Origin: an uncultured virus (IMG/VR IMGVR_UViG_3300043101_000273)
Taxonomy: Duplodnaviria; Heunggongvirae; Uroviricota; Caudoviricetes
Virus record (IMG/VR): IMGVR_UViG_3300043101_000273
DNA length: 64,000 nt
Reading direction: 5' to 3' (one strand)
Shown here: positions 56,591 through 64,000 of the stretch, in pieces
How the letters are laid out: each line of letters starts with the position of its first letter
How positions within the stretch are numbered: position 1 is the first letter of the stretch
Notes under the pieces: generated by a model
Seen by the model: the letters and a program-made list of their open reading frames with translations, nothing else
The model's database searches: none
Told to the model about the DNA's origin: nothing
Translations under genes and position numbers: made by a program

Positions 56591-57100
56591 ATAAATACCT
56601 CCTTTAGTATTGTGTGTTTTAATTTAATTATATTATACTACACTTTTTATGATTTGTCAAGCGTTTTTCGAAAAAATATTGTCTTATTTAGAACTTATAA
56701 TTTTATAGTTTATACATTATTATTCATCAATATTCATTATTTTATTCATTTTATCCCGTATATAAAAAGTTTTTTATACATTTTTCTTATAATTTATTCA
56801 TTTATAAAAATGAATTATACAGAATTATTTTTGAATATTAAGTATAAAATATTAAAGATAATTATTGTTAATAAGACGTTGTATTCTTATAAAAATATTT
56901 AAGGATAAATAATTAAAAGTATTTTGCTAAAGAAGTATTAAAAATTTATAAATGAATAATGAATATGAATAATTAAAAAATATACATAATATTATACATT
57001 TTGAAAAAATGAATTAAAGAAATAACATTAATTGCAATGTTTTTAAAATTTTGATAAAAAGACCATTGACAAATAATATATAATATGTTATTATAATGTT

Positions 57101-57262
57101 GTAAAGTTTTTTAGATAACAACCTATATGTTTTTTACTACAAAAACAGGGTTAAAAGATTTATTATTTTTAGTGAGGGTATAAACTCATTTCATATATTG
57201 TTGCAAATATACAATAAAACTTCAAGACTTACGCTATAAATAATAATCTTTTTTGTAGTATG
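57101..57262 (+). ncRNA. Structured RNA 2; homolog of the 26.7-kb RNA
   Basis: Same promoter type TTGACA(57066)-17-TATTATAAT.TTGTAAAG, AGATAACAA, ATTTA, GTGAGGGTA..CTCAT.TCA.ATA; long closing stem TACTACAAAAA/TTTTTGTAGTA and AAAAGA.TTATTATTT/AAATAATAATCTTTT. Confidence 0.6.
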
Positions 57263-57546
57263 CAAAAATTATATTATAAAAAGAATAATACTATCTAATA
57301 CGTTATAATAATATGTTGAATAATAACGGCATTTACAACTATAATACCTTTATATGAAATGTTACTTTTGTTAATACACCAACAATGATATACTTACATA
57401 TCACAAACAACACCAATACAATTATTCTTTTTATAAAGGATTATCAATTAAAAACTTTATAATAAAAAAAGAAGTAGGCATATTAACTGCCTACTCTTTT
57501 TTTTTGAACCTACATATTTGAACCTACATTTTAAAAAACCTACCTG

Positions 57547-58308
57547 TTAAAATCTACTTATTATCTTTTCAATTTCTTTTATTGTGGCTTCATTTCTTTC
57601 CTTGAAATCGATTCTTATACAATGTGAATATACAAGAGTTTCATTATTATCATTAACTTCAACCTCAATCCTACCCTCTGTTGTAATTTCTCCATTCTTC
57701 AATTTTTTATTGATATTAGCTCTCTGATTAAAGTATTCAGCAACCAGTGAATTATATTGTTCATCTTCTTTAACGAACAATTCACCGTCATAACTTCCAA
57801 ACTCTCTATACAAAAAGCTATACTTGTTTTCATCCGTTTTTCTTTCAATATATGTGATAAAATAAACATTGATACAATTGTTTTCCCAGTTACTTACGTG
57901 AATGTATTCACAGGAATTATCAATCTTATTCTTATACTTATTGAATAGTACTTCTATTCGTTTGTTAAATTCCTTTCTACTTATGCTGCCACTAATAGTT
58001 GCAATCTTTTCGCTTTGCTTTTCAATTCTTGAATTAGCACGGTTTAATTTCTTTTGTAATTCTGTTATTTCTTTTTCCAATTTATACTTAATTTGATACT
58101 CTGATTTAATTTTTTCAAATTGTTCTCTTATCTTTGGTTCAAGTCTTACAGTAGTGGCGGTATATTCATTTGAATAAATCTTGTGAATATCACCATCAAT
58201 ACCAATAAATTTCATTGTATTAATATCTTCTACGTTTATAAGCATACCAATAAAATTCTTATCGTTTTTTGTTACACGTCTTATATCATAAAGTTTTACA
58301 TTTTCCAT
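57547..58308 (-). CDS. Hypothetical protein with coiled coil
   Basis: RBS AAGGAGG. Confidence 0.8.
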   Translation of the reverse strand: MENVKLYDIRRVTKNDKNFIGMLINVEDINTMKFIGIDGDIHKIYSNEYTATTVRLEPKIREQFEKIKSEYQIKYKLEKEITELQKKLNRANSRIEKQSEKIATISGSISRKEFNKRIEVLFNKYKNKIDNSCEYIHVSNWENNCINVYFITYIERKTDENKYSFLYREFGSYDGELFVKEDEQYNSLVAEYFNQRANINKKLKNGEITTEGRIEVEVNDNNETLVYSHCIRIDFKERNEATIKEIEKIISRF

Positions 58309-58342
58309 AATTATTTATCCTCCTTATATTTATGCAATACAT

Positions 58343-58595
58343 TCAACATTGATGGGTAGGCTTTAAACGATTTATATTAAGAAGTTTTTTGTCATTGAAC
58401 CATATTGTTCCCTTAATATCTTCGTCCACAAGAAGATTATTATAGAACCATTTGCAATATGTTGGAATATCATATTTAAGCGTGGTACGGGTTATATAAA
58501 TCATTTTTTTACTTGTCACATTTCTACCAAAAAGATAATAGTTGTCTTTATTCTGTATAAGGTATAAATAATCAATTTTGTCTGCATTTTTTCAT
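58343..58595 (-). pseudogene. Gene frameshifted in an A6 run just after ATG (MK | NADKIDYLYLIQ...)
   Basis: Promoter 58695 + RBS; ~80-codon open frame in the shifted phase. Confidence 0.6.
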
Positions 58596-58763
58596 AGTTA
58601 GCATCTCCTTTTAAAATATTATTTTTTATGTGTATGTGTGTTAGTCAAGCTCTACTTCTTAACTTACTTGTATTATACCATACTTTTTATTGTTTGTCAA
58701 TACTTTTTTAAAAATTGTAAAAATTTTAAAAATAAAAAAGGGCGAATTTAATCACCCTTAATT

Positions 58764-59264
58764 TTAATGTTTAGGACAGTACCTACTAATCACCATATCT
58801 ACTACATCGTGTTGAATACTTCTTACAATAATTCTTGAAATTTCTTTTTCTGTCAAAGTTTCCAAATTTTCTTTGTTGCTATCTATAAGGTCTTCTATTG
58901 CCTTATTTAACTCATAAAATTCTCTCATAAAATAACAATTCTTACAATGACTACAAGTAGATTCATCTCTTGTAATATCATCCGTCAGATTATAAAAATA
59001 TGTTGCATAATCTGTTGTTATCAAATCCAACAGTATTTTTGTGACGATAGAGTATACTTCAATATCATCTTTAGAGGGGAGACACTTAAAAAACTTTTCA
59101 GCTAAAAAGCACTTTTCATCAGATATAAATATATACTTCAATTCCCAGAAAAATTTTTCAAATATCCTTTTCAAGGAATGCTCAAATGAAATAGAAATAC
59201 ACCATTCTTTTCTTGAATCATATTCATTATAATTCCTTATGCTTTCAGATAAACTATTTTTCAT
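58764..59264 (-). CDS. Hypothetical protein
   Basis: Cassette architecture. Confidence 0.8.
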   Translation of the reverse strand: MKNSLSESIRNYNEYDSRKEWCISISFEHSLKRIFEKFFWELKYIFISDEKCFLAEKFFKCLPSKDDIEVYSIVTKILLDLITTDYATYFYNLTDDITRDESTCSHCKNCYFMREFYELNKAIEDLIDSNKENLETLTEKEISRIIVRSIQHDVVDMVISRYCPKH

Positions 59265-59534
59265 AATAAAATCCTCCTTTAAAATAATTATTAGAAATAT
59301 TTTTTAATAATAGTTATGTGTGAAATTGGTTAGGTTTTGTTTCCTCTTAACTTACTTGTATTATACCATACTTTTTATTGTTTGTCAATACTTTTTTAAA
59401 AATTTTTTTATAAATAATTTCCGCTTATACAAAAACTGGAGCGGATTGTTAAAAAAATAACAATTAAATATTTGTCTAATAAAAAAAGGAATAGTAAAAA
59501 CTATCCCTTAAAACATTATTAAAATTATTATCTT

Positions 59535-60074
59535 TTAATTTAACATACCTTTTAATTCATTAACAGTAATTGACTTTAATTCATATTCTTTTCTTAATTC
59601 TTCTAGTTCCTTACTTTTTTCTTCTTTATATTGTATTATCATTTGTTGTTTTATTGTTTTCATTATATTATCCCAGTTTTTATAAATTTCCATAATATTT
59701 TTTTCACTATTCCAATGGTTTATATCCGCACCATCATAAATTGGTAGTCTAACGTCACTATAACTATTCTTTTGTATTCCTTGTATTTCTGCCGTATTAA
59801 AATTTTTTCTTAAACATATTCCTATTTTTATTGCACCGTCAATTACAGTATATTTAAAATCAGTATCAAAAACATTTTTATTGAGTTTTAATTCTTTATA
59901 TATATCATTTAAGTCTATCAAACCATTCTTTATTTCTTTAAGCATAGTAGTATAATAATTTTCTTCTTCATATTTTAACGCAGCAATATTTGATTTTTCT
60001 TCTTCTATCTGTTTTTCAAAGTTTTCTTTTATTTTTACTATATCAGCAATAGTAATATTTTCAAAACTTTCCAT
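59535..60074 (-). CDS. Hypothetical protein, family E
   Basis: Start MESFE after AAGGAGG; paralogy. Confidence 0.85.
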   Translation of the reverse strand: MESFENITIADIVKIKENFEKQIEEEKSNIAALKYEEENYYTTMLKEIKNGLIDLNDIYKELKLNKNVFDTDFKYTVIDGAIKIGICLRKNFNTAEIQGIQKNSYSDVRLPIYDGADINHWNSEKNIMEIYKNWDNIMKTIKQQMIIQYKEEKSKELEELRKEYELKSITVNELKGMLN

Positions 60075-60179
60075 AATAAATCCTCCTTTAAGTATTTTTA
60101 TTATTATATTATAAATTTTATCATTTTGCAATACTTTTATAAGAAAAAAGGATAGCCAGTTGACTATCCTTTCACTTTG

Positions 60180-60731
60180 TCATTCACATATCATTTTTTT
60201 CAACTCTTCAAGAGTTGCCTTTCCGCTTTCATACTGTCTTTGTATTTTTTCAAGCTTTTCATTTTGCATTCTTATATACTCATCTGCAAACATTTGTTTA
60301 ATAGTTGGCACTACTTCATTCCATACTCCATAAACTTTAGAGATATTGCTTTTTCTGCTAAAACCTTCAACATCAAAGCTACTATAAATAGAAGTTCTGT
60401 TACCCTTATCTACATTTATTCCACCGAGTATAGCTGCTTTTTTATCAGCATCACAAGCAATTTCAACTTTAATAGCAGACGTTTGGTCTACTGGACTTGT
60501 ATAGTCAAATGAAATTCCACTATCATACATACGCTTTTCAAGTTTAAGCGTTTTGTATATATCATTAAGTTCGACTAAATCCTTCTTAATCTTTTCAAGC
60601 ATAATATTGTAAATATTATCTCTTTCAGTTTTAATAGCAACAACCTTTGCTTGTTCTTCCATAACAGATACCTCAATTTCATTTCTTCTTTCTAATACTT
60701 CCTCAATAGTTATTTTGTTAAATTTCTTCAT
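60180..60731 (-). CDS. Hypothetical protein, family E
   Basis: Paralogy. Confidence 0.85.
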   Translation of the reverse strand: MKKFNKITIEEVLERRNEIEVSVMEEQAKVVAIKTERDNIYNIMLEKIKKDLVELNDIYKTLKLEKRMYDSGISFDYTSPVDQTSAIKVEIACDADKKAAILGGINVDKGNRTSIYSSFDVEGFSRKSNISKVYGVWNEVVPTIKQMFADEYIRMQNEKLEKIQRQYESGKATLEELKKMICE

Positions 60732-61163
60732 AATAAAAATCTCCCTTCAAAATTAAAAATATTTTATTTGTTATTGTTAAGTGTGTGTATCTCTTAACTT
60801 ATTTATATTATACTACACTTTTTGTTATTTGTCAAGTGCTTTTTTAAAAATTTTTTTAAATTATTTTTTAATTATTGGTAATAAAAAAGGGATAGCATTT
60901 ACTATCCCTTCTTTGAATTTTTAACATATTAACACTCAAAAAGTAATCTTTAAAAATCAATCTTCTAAAAATCAATCTTCTAAGTTATATTCTTGCTTTT
61001 GAATTTTCAACTTCCACTGCTAGTTCAACAGGTTTTATTTTAATTTATTTATAATACTTTATTTTTTGGAAAACATTCTATTTTCCAGTATTTTCATTAT
61101 TCCTACGCTTTTTATTCTTTGTCAATTATTAAAGTAGACTTTATAAAAAAGAATAAACAACTT

Positions 61164-61768
61164 TTAATTGTCATTCAATATCTTTTTTATTGTTTTTAAA
61201 TATTTCTTTTTATCTTTATATTCTTTTTGTCGCAGATAATATTCATTTTTAATTTTATTCAAATTACTTCTTTTATATTTAATATAATCTTTTGTAATTT
61301 GTCTAGTTACATTCTTTAATATATCATCCAATATTTTATAAATACTATTAATATCAACTTCATTATCCCATAAATTAAAAATACCATATAATTTATCGTA
61401 TAAAGTAATTTTCTCTTTATGCCCATCGTCAATTACAAAAAATAATCCAATATCTGCATATTCTTTTTTAGCATCACAATGTATTACAAGTTTTCTATAA
61501 TTACTATAAAGATATTTGGTAGGATATTTTATTTTTAAATTAGTTATATAAATGTTGTCAGCATTAAAAAATCTTTTATATATATCATTGATTTCAATTA
61601 AAACTTTTCTTATTCTTTCACGTTTAATAAGGATAATATCCGTATTTAATTTAACCGTATTTATTTCTTTATCAATTCTACTTATTTTATCTATTTCATT
61701 ATTAATTTGATTTTTAATATTTTTTTCTGTCTTATTGATTTTTTAATTATATTCCTTATACTTTTCAT
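61164..61768 (-). pseudogene. Family E gene frameshifted at an A6 run (61739-61744); absent from the ORF track
   Basis: RBS AAGGAGG + ATG; shifted frame open ~190 codons with EINDIYK, IHCDAKKEYADIG (cf. IACDADKKAAILG in 60180). Confidence 0.75.
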
Positions 61769-62189
61769 AAAAATCCTCCTTTGTTTTTTATTATACTACA
61801 TTTAAAATTAAACTTAAATAGAGATTTGATTGTTTTTTGCTATTGTTTATATTATTAAAAGATAATTACAAGTTCTCAATCATAAACAACACTTAATTTA
61901 AATAAAAACACCCGTATGATTGTTTATTTTACATTCTAAGACGTTGTTTTATATTTTATATATAATTCTGCCGTAACAAATTAAACTGTAAAAATAAGCA
62001 ATATAACGCTTTATATAATGAAAAGCTTAATCAGATTATTAAACATTTAAGAGTTCTTTTTTAGATGTTGTTTTTTAAATATTGGTTTTAATAATCATAG
62101 AATAATCAATCTGTTAAGTTTTTTAACAACAAAAGGGTAGAAAAATCTACCCTTATAAATAATCACCTTTTTAAACCCACTTTTTAAAA

Positions 62190-63149
62190 TCACCTTTCAA
62201 ATATAATATTTTTTCTATATGTGATTTCTACAATATCTTTTGATGTTAAAGGTTTTTTATCTGAATGGGTTGGACGTTTTGCATCAAGCTTTTCTAACAT
62301 TCTTGCACCGTCCGCAGAATTGCAAAACTCATAATCAGAAAAATAATAATTATTATTACAACCTTCTATAGCATACAATAAATTATTAGGTGTAATCTTT
62401 ATAGTTTGTTTTACTCCATTCAATTCAAATGTAACATTGAGAGTTTTTGCCGTATCTTTTATTTCAGCTATTGCATTAGTCATTTCAAGTTCCCATTGTT
62501 CTGCTGCCGTACCATTATTGATTTCTTCTTCAATAAAAACATTCATAGCTTTAAAAGCACTTATATTATTTTCATTTCTTTTTAAAATTTCATTAAATAC
62601 CTTTTCAATACTTCTATAACTGCAAATATCAGCAAAAATATCAAAGTCCGTAATTATAAAAAGATTATCTGCATACTCTTTGATTTTATCTTCAATAGAT
62701 ATATTATTTATTAAATATCTTCTTGCTGAATATTTATATTGTTTTATTTTGTTTTCATCAGTAATTGTTACCGCAGTTGTTTTTTTATAAATATTATTAA
62801 AAGCTTTTCTAAATAAATCTTTTTTCATTTCATATACAGTTTCTTTTTCAATTACATTCTGTGGTAATTCTTCATTATTCCCGATTTTAAAGAAGTAACT
62901 GTTTACAATATAAAACATTTCATTGGCATATACTGCAATAAGATTTGATTCATCAATAGTAAGATGTGAACCGCCGATAACTCCTTGTATTGCCTGTTTT
63001 TCAGAATAATAATATTTTGCATAAATATATATGGCATTGTAAACTTTATCAGTAGTAATATGATAGAAACCGTCTTTATAAGTAAAATCAAAACTTGTAT
63101 TACCATCTGTAATATTCTTTTTAATAATTTCAAATAATTCAGTTTTCAT
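62190..63149 (-). CDS. Hypothetical protein, family D
   Basis: Paralogy. Confidence 0.85.
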   Translation of the reverse strand: MKTELFEIIKKNITDGNTSFDFTYKDGFYHITTDKVYNAIYIYAKYYYSEKQAIQGVIGGSHLTIDESNLIAVYANEMFYIVNSYFFKIGNNEELPQNVIEKETVYEMKKDLFRKAFNNIYKKTTAVTITDENKIKQYKYSARRYLINNISIEDKIKEYADNLFIITDFDIFADICSYRSIEKVFNEILKRNENNISAFKAMNVFIEEEINNGTAAEQWELEMTNAIAEIKDTAKTLNVTFELNGVKQTIKITPNNLLYAIEGCNNNYYFSDYEFCNSADGARMLEKLDAKRPTHSDKKPLTSKDIVEITYRKNIIFER

Positions 63150-63483
63150 AAATAAATCCTCCTTAAAGATAATTAGTAAAAATTTGTGTGTATTAGATTT
63201 AAAAACTATTATTTTTTATCTTGTTTATATTATACTATACTTTTTATCTTTTGTCAAGTATTTTTTGAAATTTTTATTATTTTATAAAACTTTATAAAAA
63301 GCGTTTAAATGGCTCATATTTAGTCTTTAACATTTTAATGAATTTTTCTTCTACTTCATTGTTAAAACTCAAATAACGGCAAATAGAATAGAAATAATCA
63401 TTGTAATAATCGCAATGTTGATTTTATCTAATATTTTATTAAAAAAGGGTGGAAAAATCCACCCATATTTTTAATAGTATAAT

Positions 63484-63774
63484 TTAACGGCACAAATCAT
63501 AAAGCATTTCTTCATTAAGTTCTACGTCTATAACATAAACTGTTGAATAATCTTCATAAAAATCTTCATTTGCATTATTGTAATGTATTGTTTTTTCAGT
63601 TTCATCAACTTCTACAATTTGTGGTGTATAGTTGCCTATTTCCTGTTCCTGTTCTACAGTATCTTCAATCCATTTGTTCATTGCCTTAATAGCCTCTTCC
63701 TCCGTTAAAAATGCCTTTGTAAGTTTATCTGCATCAAAACTGTGAATAACTGTCATAATATAAATTCTTTTCAT
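63484..63774 (-). CDS. Hypothetical protein, family C
   Basis: Start MKRIY after AAGGAGG. Confidence 0.8.
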   Translation of the reverse strand: MKRIYIMTVIHSFDADKLTKAFLTEEEAIKAMNKWIEDTVEQEQEIGNYTPQIVEVDETEKTIHYNNANEDFYEDYSTVYVIDVELNEEMLYDLCR

Positions 63775-64000
63775 AATAAAATCCTCCTTAAAAATAATCA
63801 TTTAAAATAACTGTGTGTGATTGTTAAGTTTGTTTTTCTTAACTTATTTATATTATATCACATTTTTTACTATTTGTCAAGTGTTTTTTTAAAAAAAGTA
63901 AAAATCTTTTTTATAAATTACTAATTATCTTTTCAATCTGTTTAAGTATCTTTATATTACATTCTTTATAATCAATCGTTATAAGATGAGTATATGTTAA

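Larger units (their letters stand above)
2650..63881. promoter_or_regulatory. Dispersed family of ~45-50 consensus sigmaA promoters with a conserved leader
   Basis: A-tract-CTTGACA-N17-TATAAT-ATAAACAAG(T/A)TAAGA...ACACAC...AAGGAGG. Approximate -35 positions: (+) 2650, 11832, 13110, 13955, 15585, 16589, 17248, 18919, 19761, 21235, 21928, 45196, 46175, 47218, 49669; (-) 26004, 27088, 27381, 28851, 32072, 32706, 33769, 36725, 37199, 39407, 40747, 42273, 43387, 44368, 44874, 56655, 58695, 59383, 60830, 63252, 63876. Confidence 0.92.

Noticed and set aside
54300..57500. Canonical CRISPR array near cas12f
   Set aside because: No run of conserved repeats with regular spacers; the TGTAA(A/G)T ends at 57392 and 57331 are 61 bp apart but otherwise dissimilar.
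473..63133. Antisense or overlapping track ORFs (e.g. 473, 1403, 6705, 7696, 8203, 13395, 17316, 20547, 28845, 45146, 46600, 48744, 49432, 56612, 60177, 62903)
   Set aside because: They shadow better-supported genes or promoters and lack an RBS.
1..64000. tRNA/rRNA genes, virion genes, integrase
   Set aside because: None recognised in this window, so phage versus plasmid identity is inferred, not proven.

Overview
This is a very AT-rich segment of a large phage or phage-plasmid of a clostridial-type Firmicute. The host inference rests on AAGGAGG Shine-Dalgarno sites, sigmaA promoters, a SleB hydrolase and a Cas12f1 homolog. The left end carries replication and nucleotide genes: a DnaG-type primase core, thymidylate kinase and NAD-dependent ligase. 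Most of the rest is an early or host-takeover type region of small hypothetical genes arranged as roughly 45-50 stereotyped cassettes (counted by eye). Each cassette has a consensus TTGACA-17-TATAAT promoter, a conserved leader, an RBS, an ORF and an intrinsic terminator, and several paralog families recur. Four signals stand out. (1) A catalytically intact Cas12f1/TnpB-family nuclease has no adjacent CRISPR array or transposase. Two homologous, independently promoted structured RNAs (26.7 kb and 57.1 kb) look like its trans-encoded scaffold or guide RNAs, and CRISPR-repeat-like solitary units occur nearby and at 19.6 kb. (2) A chromosome-like oriC with about 11 DnaA boxes, DnaA-trios and an AT cluster sits at 51.2-51.4 kb with no dnaA gene in the window. 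(3) About 20 dispersed, roughly 100-bp intergenic elements show helically phased GC patches, and a strand-biased Chi-like CTSGAGCGGA motif recurs. (4) Four tandem membrane micropeptides are missed by the ORF track. All family assignments come from motif recognition by eye; no database searches were run.
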